From assembly GCA_040954595.2 (NCBI GenBank), contig CM082578.2:1966831-2030830 (forward strand): a stretch of 64,000 nucleotides of DNA, given 5' to 3'. Below, in pieces: positions 1 to 10,922 of this stretch. The notes under the pieces are model-generated. The model saw only the letters and a list, made by a program, of their open reading frames with translations. It was not told the origin of the DNA and did not search any database. Made by a program: the position numbers and the translations under genes. This DNA is from Balanoglossus misakiensis (taxonomy: Eukaryota; Animalia; Hemichordata). The stretch's first letter is position 1, and every line of letters starts with the position of its first letter.

Positions 1-178
1 CCTCTCAATGTCAAGGTCTATTCGGTGTCTGGTAAAATTAACTACAGGGTTAGAGAGTTTCAGTTTGGTGAGATTATTGACACCTCCAAGCAATTTCGAC
101 ATTGTGAGGATGATGAGCTTGAAGTTACTACACTTCCAGACTTTGGAATAGTTACAACAATCGAGAGTACGCTTGAAG
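1..178 (+). CDS. 3' part of exon encoding the CBM63-like C-terminal half of an upstream expansin-like repeat (partial)
   Basis: PLNVKVYSVSGKINYRVREFQFGEIIDTSKQFRHC..., paralogous to 3048-3225. Donor G|gtaaga at 178/179. Confidence 0.8.
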
Positions 179-273
179 GTAAGATTGTGTTTCAGTTTCA
201 TAGTTTAGGTCCAATTTGGTATATACCAGTATACATATATACTACACCATGGGACCTTATGGGATCAAGGTAG

Positions 274-615
274 TCTGTCTGTCTGTATGTCTGTATGCCT
301 GTCTGTCTATCTGTATGTATGTACTGTTAAACGGGTCATTTTCGTGACGAAATTGTTCATGATATCAATGGAGGCAAATGTCTCGCTAGGATTAATTTTC
401 ATGATCTCTTATTTTTACTGGATAGTTATTTCTGAAAAATATTTTATGTGACTTATTATTTTCATGTATTTTGGCTATCGCATATTTCACGAAAAATTTA
501 ATGCTCGCGAAAATAACCCGTTTTACAGTATGTTTGTATGTATGGATGGATGGATGGATGCATGCATGTATGAATGTATGTATGAATGTAGGTATGAATG
601 TAGGTATGAATGTAT
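274..615. repeat. Simple repeats (TCTG/TATG/GATG and 12-bp TGTAGGTATGAA) flanking a MITE
   Basis: Read directly from the sequence. Confidence 0.8.
322..530. mobile_element. MITE family 1 (TA-flanked, TIR CTGTAAAACGGG, ~210 bp; Tc1/mariner-pogo type)
   Basis: tactgttaaacggg...cccgttttacagta. Related copies at 2579-2790, 15517-15724, 17552-17746, 29203-29398, 34676-34844, 34886-35085, 37841-38052, 46043-46254, 54529-54722, 59181-59391. Confidence 0.8.
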
Positions 616-697
616 ATTAAATGCAAGTAGTGGACATTCTATGGTTTGTGAGAAATCAGAAGCGCTTATTCTTCATGTATCCTTCCTGCCAAAACAG

Positions 698-1309
698 ACG
701 AGATGCAATCTACTCAGGAGGGTCCAACAACATTGCCTGGGTACATTACAACCCGGGGGCCTGAGACTGATTCCTTCACCAGTCGGTCTACAAGAACTGA
801 AGTGACAAGTGGAACAACAGTTTCATCTGAAGAGATCACAACTGGTCTCCACTCGACCACCCATGTTATAGTCACAGATCAGGATGAAGTCAGCTCAGCA
901 ATATCCGAGACTGTCACAACTGCAACTCTGTCAACAACAAGCGTCAATCCTACGATACTTTCAACGATGGAAGATGAAGAAGACACCACAGAAACAGCAA
1001 CAAGAACTGATATAGGCCCAACTGCAACAGATGTAACAAGTGCTCAAAGAGCAACTACTGATATCAAGCCTAACCCAACAACAGCTGAGCCAGTCACACA
1101 AAAGTCTTTGACAACAGAATATGAAATCAGGTCAACAGAATCCAAAACAAGAATAGTAACAGATGTAGATACAAGTACATCCCTGCCTACAACTAGTGTC
1201 CAAGAACTGACCACCGAACGCACTGAATTTCAATCGAAATCTTCGGAACCACTTTCAACTAAAATATCAACAACAAAACCAGTGACACCTTCTCATGATG
1301 TAACAACAG
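698..1309 (+). CDS. Thr/Ser-rich mucin-like stalk exon
   Basis: acag|AC GAG ATG... to ACA G|gtaatt. Phase 1-1, very Thr-rich, no Cys. Confidence 0.8.
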
Positions 1310-1688
1310 GTAATTATACTACGTATAAAGACTACGCATGTAAACTCGTCTTGGGCAGCTAATGGTTGCCACTCAGAATAAAAATAGCTAAAAGATACAA
1401 AAATGGACCTTTCAGACATTATGAAAAAAAGTCTTGTACATTGTTTGCAATTGCCAGCAACTGTCCAAATGCACACTATTTGGCTGAAATTCAGCAGAAG
1501 TGTACAAGTCATGGAGCCTTGGAAGCAAAGAAAAATACGCCTGTTTTTCAAAAATCAGTATCGTTTATGACATATAACATTACACCCTCAATTTTTGTGC
1601 ATAAATTATTTTTTATAGTTGTGTGATTCTGATTGAAACCAAGATTACATATTGATTGAATATATGTTAACATATGTTGTTGTTGCAG

Positions 1689-3225
1689 TCAGTAGAGATT
1701 GTGGTACCTTTGAGACTTTTGTAAATGCAACTTGTGAGAAGTACAGTGAGACACCAACTGATGGTACCTGTTCATTTGGAACATTCTACACAAGTATGGT
1801 TGCTGGTATGGCCAATTTTCAAGATTCACATGTAAGTATAGATAACGTTAGTTCTTGAAAGACTATGTACATGATTGGCTGTGATGTCAATACTGACCGG
1901 ATGGTCTGTCATTTCGAGTCATTGTGATTTGTAACAATTTTTGTTATGAATAATTTTATTTCATCTTGTTCGTTTTTGTGTGTTGCGCTGTTTTTTTTAA
2001 TTTTCTCAGCTAAGATTGATATAATCGCTTTGTATTTGAAGAAACCCTGCTGGCTTTAGTACTTCCAGTGTTGTCTAAAGAAGGAGATTTTGGTTTCTGT
2101 GATTGCAGGTTTGTCGGCAATGCCTGAACGTGATTGGTTCAAATGATGTATCTGTAGTTGTCCGGGTAACAGACATGTGCATGTACCCATACTGCATGAT
2201 TGATGAAGATGGTCTGGTTCTAAGTGAGGATGCTTACAACATCTTGTCAGATGGTGAAAGTCCTTCATCTCTTCTTGTATCCTACTCTGTTATTGCCTGT
2301 CCTGAAGATGTCTCCATCAAGTTCAAGGTTTGTGAAACAAAACAATTATTAACTAATTTATATACCCTTGTCTTTAATTGTCACATCTTGGCAAACTTGT
2401 TTGAAACCTCCCTAGCCATTTTTTTAAGTATTTGTAAGATTGAAGTTGAAATTGTCAAGAGTATTCATCTGTTTCTTTACTGGAAGTTTAGATCTCCTGG
2501 AAATCAAACCAGTCTCAACTGATTTGGACAAGGGAAATTCCAGTGGGGACTAGGTCATTGACAATGATTTGTTGCAAATACTGTAAAACGGGAAATTTTC
2601 ACGCCAGGAAATTTTCGCAATATCAAAAGAGGCAACTGTTACGCGAGGATTAATTTTGGCGTTCTTGTATTTCACTAACTGCATCGTTAAATCTGAAAAA
2701 CATTTCACACGACATTTATTTTCACGTCTCTTTTAGATCTTGCGTATTTTGCGAAAATTTATGCTCGCGAAAATAACCCATTTTACAGTAAGTCTTGCTC
2801 TAAATTTCAAAGTATTAGGACCAACCAGGGACTGTGTTGTTCATCTTTTTAGTGTACTGCATATTGATTGATTGATTTGTTTATTTAGTTTGCAGAGAGC
2901 ATTTCTGCATCATTCAGCTTATTAATATTGGATCATCGTTACCCTGTCACCACTGTGGAAGTCCACACAACTGGTCCCTGGATTACTCTAGACAGACTCA
3001 GTGATAACTTATTTGAACCACCCATTGGTTCTGGTGATATACAAGCCCCTCTAAATGTCAAGGTCTATTCGGTGTCTGGTAAAATTAACTACAGGGTTAC
3101 AGACTTTGAGTTTGATGAGATTATTGACACCTCCAAGCAATTTCGACATTGTGAGGATGATGAGCTTGAAGTTACTACACTTCCAGACTTTGGAATAGTT
3201 ACAACAATTGAGAGTACGCTTGAAG
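1689..3225 (+). CDS. Expansin-like (EXLX-type DPBB + CBM63) module, exons 1689-1831, 2109-2327, 2889-3225
   Basis: Spliced translation contains GTCSFG, CRQCLNVIG, VVVRVTDMC, GLVLSEDAY, VSYSVIACP, DHRYPVTTVEV, WITLDR..NLF, PLNVKV..VSG, TSKQF. These align motif by motif with bacterial/fungal expansins (recalled EXLX1: VYVTDL, ALDLSPNAF, NHKYPV, WINME..NHF, VQF). Confidence 0.85.
2579..2790. mobile_element. MITE family 1 copy inside expansin intron
   Basis: tactgtaaaacgggaaatttt...aaaataacccattttacagta. Confidence 0.8.
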
Positions 3226-3772
3226 GTAAGATGGTTTCATTTTATACAATATGTAATTATTTTACTGTATAACATAGGTCAATGTTGCTGATGATTTCAA
3301 TGGAGTGTAGCTGAATTTGTTACATTAGTTGTGATATCTGATATTGTGTTTTGCACACCAATATCTGGTACACTCTTATGCAAAATTTTCGCAAGAGGAA
3401 ATGTTCATGATATCAAATGTGGCAACTGTTACGTGGCGATTAATTTTCACGTTCTGGTATTTCACTGCATCGTTATCTCTGAAAACCATAAGCGACTTTT
3501 TTTTTCACCAGTAAATTTATCGTTCGTGAAAATTTCCTATTTTACTGTATTTTGAATAAGAAATCTCAACACCCTCATAAACAATTGCATTAAAGAAAGC
3601 AATAGAATAATAACACAATATCATTTGAATCACACACCGGGATGAGAATACCTTGAAATTGTCTCCTGCCAGGAACATTGATTCAATACTGTTCATGTTA
3701 GTGGAGAACAATATAACATTAGATTTCCTTGTTCTAGATTATTCAAATTGTAATGTTCATTTTTATCAACAG

Positions 3773-4989
3773 ATGAAACAACGCTGGAATATTTAACTAG
3801 TCCCTACACCGAAGGCACAGAAAAAAGCATCTCAACTGATGGACATGCCATAACTTCGCCCAGAATGACAACTGTGTTGGACACAGACAATATACCGGCT
3901 GTGACAACTGGAAAAAGCAAGTCAACCACAACAGTTACTATGGTTACAGTAACCATGCCTGTTGTCGTGACAACAGTAGAGGCAAGTTCTGAAAAGCCTG
4001 ATCAGCAGTCAAGCACAGAAGGTGAGGGTACATACAAGACAACATCTGCTCCGATCTCAAAAACAGAAATGATGTCAACAGCAGAATCTGTGGATATTAC
4101 TCCTGCAGACCAGACTTCAGAGTATGACGATGCAAGTGATGTGATGCCAACAGAGTCATGGACCACACCAGAGAAATTGTTGACAACAAACAAAATGGAC
4201 GCCACCACACCAGAGACACTTTTGACAACAAATAAAATGGACGGCACCACAGAATATTGGCAAACGGTAGAAGGCACCACAGAATGGCAAACACAAATGA
4301 TAACTGATGATACTGCCAATTCCCAAAGAAGAACAACAAGAAAACATACAACTGAGGCACCGACAGATCTGTTAACATCAAAAGGTGAATGTATACGAAT
4401 TTCTACACTTTTCAGCATTATGAGCTCCAAAGTAAGGATGGATCTTGTTTACTTAGTTGACACGACTCTAGCTCCTGGATGACACCATTATTTTTAGGGG
4501 GTGAGGGGTGGAAGAAAGGAGAAAACATATTCACTCCTCACTTTTTTTTCAAAGAAATGTAGGTTTACTTCCTATTATGATAAAGTAAACTATGAATAAT
4601 AAAACATTGAAAATTTGGCTTTATTGATAGAAACTTCATGTACGGGTACAGTGAAAATTTCAATTGAAAAAAAAAAATTCATAATACCTGCAATGTAAAC
4701 AGTCATACATTGTTAGTTACCATCATCATCGTTGTTTGAATCAGACTCTATGTCACAAATGAGGCAATAACAATGCTCAGTGCAATTGATCTGTATACAG
4801 TTGGTCAAATAACTCTTCCACTCTTATCATATAGACACCCATGTCCAGTGTGTAATATAAAGTATTCATTCAATTTCATTTATACAGTATAACATGATGT
4901 CAGTACTAAACCAACTACGAAACCAGCAACAACTCTGAAAGCCACAACAGGTGGTCTTACGACCCTACCAACTCCAACTCAACTACCAG
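3773..4989 (+). CDS. Mucin-like stalk exons 3773-4384 and 4888-4989 (second has premature TAA in copy A)
   Basis: Thr-rich ORF with internal repeat TTPE(K/T)LLTTNKMD. Phase-1 junctions. TA TAA CAT here versus TA TAT CAT in copy B. Confidence 0.8.
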
Positions 4990-5412
4990 GTAAGAGATAT
5001 TACCCTTAGTTTGGTTGATAACGTGTTGTATTTGAGTGATGTCTCAAAGTGTTAAAACAAAACATCCAGAAAACTTGTTTTTGGAAGTTAATTTAAATTG
5101 CTTGTCACATAATAGTTGTGTAAACAATGGTCACACCAAAATGTTCTCCTATATTTACTTTCAGAAAATATATACTTTTAGGGGATTCTCGATAATTAAC
5201 AGAACTTGATAATTAACAGAGAAATGTTTATTTCAAAAAGTGATTTTTTTTCTTGTATCTTTCATACACACCATGAAGTAATAATACAGTTAAATTTAAA
5301 ATCAGAATAAACCACAAAGAGTTGAACCCATTTATGCTTTGAACAAATTGACCTGAAGAGAATAGGAGTTGTATGGGTCTGTATTTACAATTAATTGATA
5401 ATTACTTTGCAG

Positions 5413-6415
5413 ACCGTGACGTTCCTGACTACTGTGCACAGCTTAGTGTGTCATATAATGGTAGTGGGCAGATTACAGACCAGCAATCCTGTGGCAACTA
5501 CTATGGTACAGAAATAACAACACAACTTGTTAATGGTTTAACTCAACTCCTGTCTCAAGATCCATCAGGAGCATGTGTTCCTCTTGCTGGTCTGGTTACA
5601 ATCAATATCGCATTATCCATAAGTCTCACCTCGCTATCGGATAATTCGGTGGGTACTCTAACTGTCTCTTTCAGTCTTGCAGAAAATCTTGTAGACTCTT
5701 TCTGGAGTCTAGAATATTACACTCAACAAATTGTTCACTTCATAGCATTTTATCTCACATGCTCTTCAGATTGCATATCCAAAGAAAAAATGCATATTGG
5801 GAGAATATTTTCATGCAAATGTGACAACCATGCGATGTTTAATTTTGTCGATACAATCGATCGTAAACTGCTAAGCTGAAACAGTGAGCAGTCATCTTTC
5901 TTTTTTGTTTACGTTCGTTGGAGTGGGGATGTCTTGAAACCGTCCGCATAACAGTACATACCTGTACACGGTGAGTTGGGGCGCCTTGAAACTTAAGGCG
6001 TATTTAACACGCGTTCCGTACGTACCGTTCCGTATGGCTTTTTAGTACACGCTAAATTCTATTGTTCTTGGTGCCAGATGCATAATAATAAAGCATATTA
6101 AACATAACATCTTTTAAAACAAATGCTTATGACTGTATTTTCATTACCTGCAGCTTTTAATGGATGTGGGGCTGAACTTACTGATTGAACCCATAGACCC
6201 ATTGAGCCCTGGATACGACAATGCAGAATTGTTGGGATGTGGTCTTCAACTAATCTTTTATCTGACCAACCATCCAAGTGTATTTCCAGTTTTGGTTGCC
6301 ATTGACAGTTCAGACAATTGTCCAGAACTGTCATCTTCTGCAAACCCAATTCAAGAAGATGATGCAACATTCTGTTGTCCTGAAGGATATGAGCTCTTCC
6401 AGAATGTCAGATGCA
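5413..6415 (+). CDS. Cys-containing SEA-like module 1, exons 5413-5648 and 6154-6415
   Basis: DRDVPDYC...CGNYY...CPELSS...FCCPEGYEL..RC is paralogous to the module at 8844-10165. The SEA fold is an inference. Confidence 0.65.
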
Positions 6416-6884
6416 GTATGTATAAAATCATTATTTTTATTCACACTAAAGTGGCGCTTATATCTCTTCTTTTCTTTTAAGGATGTATGCGCAGAACATA
6501 AACCGGAAAACTGCACGCACCCGTCTTTTTCCCATAGGATTACATTGATAATTGCTAGAAAACAAACTTCTTCTATTGTCATTGTCACAAAATTTTCTAC
6601 ATAGCTCAGTCCAGTAAATATAAATTCATTGGTCACTTAAAATATAAGGGTCACCTTGCTCTATTTTGAGATAAATTGCATTAAAAAAAAATTTGCCCAT
6701 AGACAAACCATTGGTGAAAAATGCTGAATCAGCAGTTTTCTGCTATTATCGACTAAATTCGTGACTCTGTAATGTGTATTTCATAAACAGGCACGGTCAT
6801 CAGGTAAATGCATGCTATGAGCGGTGTGTTACAAGCATGAATTAAGTATTACTTACAGAAAAAAAATTCTTCTTATTTCAACAG

Positions 6885-6983
6885 CAGCCGCAGTGGAAGT
6901 TGTGAGGAAAAGAAGGGATGCATCTGAACAGTCATCATTTCTCACTAATGCTAAATGGAATGGCACTGCACCTGTTTGTATTG
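6885..6983 (+). CDS. Furin-site exon and C-terminal strand of split Sushi domain
   Basis: TAAVEVVRKRRDASEQSSFLTNAKWNGTAPVCI has the W-x6-C Sushi terminus preceded by RKRR. Confidence 0.75.
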
Positions 6984-7662
6984 GTATGTTCATTAGGTCA
7001 AAATAAAAAAATATGTGCTGTTACCAATTACCCGACCTACCCTAATTATAACCCGCTGACCCTAAACATTTTAGAGCTTCCTAAACCGGAAGTATAAAAA
7101 ACAATGTCAAATATACAAAATTTATGAAAATTGCAAGAATCACGTAAGAATTATGGCGTTATTCTTATACACTACGGCGGCCAGAGTAATAAAAAAATGC
7201 AACATAAAAAAACATTCCCTACCTACCTACCCTATTTTTGAAAACCATGTAATCAGAACAGCACAATTTAGCAATTTATCCGCCAGATTGAGTTCTTGAA
7301 TGAAATCACCAATGTTGGAATTGGATTTTAATGTTTGTTTGTGTTTCATTCTAATTTGATTCTGATTGTGTTTCATTCTGATTTGATTTGATTTGATTTC
7401 ATGCATTGTCTGCCTGCTTTCATTTGTGGAAATCACAAAGCTTATAAATGGTCCATCATTGGAGTGGTTGTCAACATCACTGGGAAAAAGGACGATGTTC
7501 AACTGGTTTAGCAATTGGGGTTGTCATGGAGCCACCTACAGAACAGTTCTTCTCCCAGCTGAATTCAAGATTACTATGTCGCTTTAATGGCTGGCAAGTA
7601 TTGTGGTTACAAACTTGGCAGATTACAGTCTCATATCTTATGAAATATTTTTTGGCTTGCAG

Positions 7663-8377
7663 ATACCATGCCACCAACTTTAGACTGTCCAGACACGTAC
7701 GTAATTCTTGTTGATGAAGTGGAACACAATGTGTCATATCCAGCAGTCTCTGTTGTAGACAACCACGGAATCAGTGACGTCATATATGAACCACCAAATG
7801 GAACTGCAGTTGAAACCAGGAACTACCGGTACATCACAGTGACTGTTACTGCAACCGATTACAGTGGCAACCAGGCTCAGTGTCAATTTGATGTTTCTGT
7901 TCAACGTAAGTGTTCAGCTAAACTAGCCCACTAGTCGCTTGGTGAATTTTGAATCTCAATACTTTTGTGTGTTTGTGGTGATTTTTTGTCTTTATAATAC
8001 TTTTTGTGTGCATGCTGCTTTGAGCGTTTTTCTGGTACTGAGTTGAGTTTCGAAAATAATGCAAGAAGTGGTGGCAGAGACTTTAAACATTTAGAAGTTA
8101 ATATGGCATTGTTTTGAGACATTAGACATTTCACCTTTTAACATCTCATTTTGTTATTCAGCTGATACATGTCCAGAGTGGTCACTACCTACACCAGAAG
8201 GTGGACAGAAGACTTGCACCCGTGTCATGGGAGGACCACTGGGTTCAGGATTCTCATGTGCATTGTCCTGTCAAGCTGGTTATGATTTCATTCAAGAAAT
8301 TGATTCACCTGGAGGAATGTACACCTGCATAATTGGTGGAACATGGCTACCCCATAATTACGTACCTGATTGTGTTG
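7663..8377 (+). CDS. HYR domain (7663-7905) and Sushi-like domain (8162-8377)
   Basis: DTMPPTLDCP...VVDNHG...VTVTATDYSGNQAQCQFDVSV (HYR); CPEW...CQAGYDF...YTCIIGGTW...PDC. Confidence 0.85.
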
Positions 8378-8614
8378 GTGTGTATGGGCTTCTACTGATC
8401 TATTTTTGCGTAATTGAAATTCAACTGATATCATATCAATATTCATTAGGCCCCCAAAATAATATGTGAATGCTGATGCAGATAATAAACTTGAAGAACC
8501 AAAATAACCAACTAATTCAGTGTTACTGTTGGTTCAAATTTTCTCTGTATATTGTTGATATGTGAGGGAATTTGTGTTTTCAGTTTGCTATGTGTGCCCT
8601 TATATAAACTGATC

Positions 8615-8691
8615 ATTTTATAATCAGTCAATACCTACATTTTTATAATCAGTCAATACCTACATTTTTATAATCCGTCAATACCTACATT
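8615..8691. repeat. 25-bp x3 tandem repeat (copy at ~51995-52071)
   Basis: ttttataatc(a/c)gtcaatacctacat repeated three times. Confidence 0.85.
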
Positions 8692-8843
8692 ACCGCATGG
8701 AAGATGGCACTAGTCCAGATTTGAGTTGATTAGCAAAAATGGGATTTTTTCACCAGCTTAGTAAAGCGAAAACTGGATTGACGATTGACAATTCAAATAG
8801 TTGGCCTGAAGTTAAATTCTCTTCCATATTGATCTTTCCACAG

Positions 8844-10165
8844 AGAAGGAAGTTCCAGATTATTGCCTGACTGTGGGAGGTGTATACAACTCTGTGATAA
8901 CCATTCCAAGTGATACCAACCAATGTATCTCATATTACGAGTCGAGTCTGCTTGGAATTGTGCAGTCTGTTGAACCACTGTTGTCGGTCCTGTGTAACTC
9001 GATTGAAGACAGTGTTGAAGTTCAAAGTGACTATTCAACAATGGCCATAGTAGACTCCAATCAGGTATTATTATATGTCCTGCTGGAAAATTTTACAGTT
9101 TTATGATGAAGAAGAAGGTTGATGTAATCCTTTATTTGATTTCTGTCGTTACATTATTGTACAATGTGTTACCCTAAGGTTGGGTTCTCCAAGGTGTGTC
9201 ATTTTTAAGAAGCATTATCTTGTTATTGGAGGGACAAAGTCTCTCGCTCGCTGCCGTTTTCCCATTAATTATGTTTGGTACAAGACACAGTTTATGTTAT
9301 TCTACATGTGGATATATAGTGAATCATCATTTGACCACACACAACTTCCATCTTGTTTGTAGGATATGAGAGTAAAAACTCGCCCAAAATGAATGAATGG
9401 TATTCATTTTTCGCGTGTTTTTTCACTGTCGCGTCTACAAGAGGATAGAAGTTGTGTGTGGTCAAACATTGATTCTCTATATATCCACATGTAGAATAAC
9501 ATAAACAGTGTCTTGTAATTGTATCAAACATAATCCCTTTAAATGCTCCATAATAGCTTTATCTTTTTGCTACGTTTTCAGTGTGTTTGTTTTGTGTATC
9601 TACTGCAGTTTCTTGTTCAAATACCTGAAGAATCATAAAATGTTGAGCATTTGGCTTAATATCAACACAACATATATGTGAATGGTCAGCATTGTTATTG
9701 TGCAAAATTTAATTTCAGACTAGAATTCATTTGTCAACAATAACAATGGCTGTTACACGCATACATGATAAGTACTGGGTATAGTAACATGCTGTTTGGA
9801 GTAGAACAAGAAATAGCGTTTGATACACGGAAGAAAATACTGAAAAAAAGCCAAAAGTTACAGCTACTGTGTCCTTTTAATCCATTAAACCAAACTTTCT
9901 ATTTGGTGTTTTTCATACCGGTAGGTGAATGCAACAGTTGCCATGAAATTACTTGCAAAGACAGACAATGCAACAAGTTTAGATCTCCAAACCTGCGGTG
10001 ATAGTATAATGAGTGCAATTACAACTCAGTTCAGTCAATTCAACAGTCTCATCAAAATCGAGGCAAATGGTGCTTGTCCAGAATTGAATCTGTCAGGAGC
10101 CCCAACTAATGAGTTCTCAGGATGTTGCTGTCCATCTGGAAAGATTCTCAGTGACTGTTATTGTT
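8844..10165 (+). CDS. Cys-containing SEA-like module 2, exons 8844-9064 and 9925-10165
   Basis: EKEVPDYC...CISYY...CPELNL...CCCPSGKIL..YC. Phase 1-0-1 exon pair. Confidence 0.7.
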
Positions 10166-10421
10166 GTAAGTATCATCAATCCAATATACCTTGAACCAAG
10201 AGTCTAAGTTTATGGTGTCAATTACTTGTCAACTTATAAATATTTTCATCCCAACCCACTAGTGACTTATACTGGTGTACCATATGCTTCGACATATCTC
10301 CAAGGCTTACATGCATATACACCTTACACAACAGCTTATAAACAGCATCATTATCATCACAATTTATCCTGATATAATTGTTCATAGACAGTTGCTCCGA
10401 AAAAATGCATAATTTAATTAG

Positions 10422-10610
10422 TACAGTAAAACCTGTCTAAACTGAACCCTGTCGAATCTGGAAACCTGTCTAAACCAAACACATTGTCCTGTCTCTTCGA
10501 CATACATGTAGAACACCATGTTAAAAGAACGTCTATAAAACCAAACACCTCTGCAAACTGAACAGTTTCTTCAGTCCATTTGGTGTTCAGTTAAGACAAT
10601 TTTTACTGTA
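10422..10610. mobile_element. MITE family 2 (TA-flanked, TIR CAGTAAAACCTGTCTAAAC)
   Basis: tacagtaaaacctgtctaaact...agttaagacaatttttactgta. Relatives at 25337-25513, 27938-28119 and 29845 (partial). Confidence 0.75.
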
Positions 10611-10643
10611 CTGGTATATGTGTCACTTCTGTGCCTTGATGAG

Positions 10644-10889
10644 TTAAAGGGAAGAGGTTGTCCCACCGCGTGGGTGTCCTCCTTGATGAGAATATGTCCT
10701 CCAATACAAGCACAAACCCCACTGCAGTCATCAAGACGTACTAGGATCTTCAGTTTCTGTCATGCCCAGTCTATGCTGCGGTTGGCTGCTTTGTTATTCA
10801 TCCTAAGAATTATCTATTTTCAGAGATTTGTGGATGCATTATAATGTTTATAAACAAACAAATGCGTCGCGATGACCCCTTCACTTTAA
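10644..10889. mobile_element. MITE family 4 (TTAA target); reverse copy at 24091-24316, partial at ~35396-35485
   Basis: ttaa|agggaagagg...gaccccttcact|ttaa. Confidence 0.7.
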
Positions 10890-10922
10890 ACATCTTTGTC
10901 TTTTTAATCTGTTACATCGTAG

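Larger units (their letters stand above)
2316..9616. repeat. Segmental duplication block 1 (direct copy at ~45780-52996)
   Basis: Exons and introns are near-identical by eye, with offsets of about 43.38-43.48 kb and scattered SNPs and indels. Confidence 0.95.

Noticed and set aside
1689-2327. GH45 endoglucanase or lytic transglycosylase
   Set aside because: Shares the DPBB fold but lacks the HxD-type catalytic Asp (GLVLS) and is followed by a CBM63-like domain, which fits expansin better.
1689-3225. Bacterial contamination or very recent HGT as the source of the expansin
   Set aside because: The domain is split by spliceosomal introns (one containing a host MITE) and is in frame with animal-type exons.
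3331-3555. Recurrent short ORFs with 'FHVLVFHCIVISE'-like sequence (also 15358, 17551, 39315, 42670)
   Set aside because: Translations of MITE family 1 copies, not a protein family.
4002-4430. Minus-strand Val/Ser-rich ORFs (also 43335-43682, 47466-47894)
   Set aside because: Antisense shadows of Thr-rich mucin exons.
8615-8691. CRISPR-like repeat array
   Set aside because: Head-to-tail 25-bp tandem repeat without spacers, in eukaryotic intron DNA.
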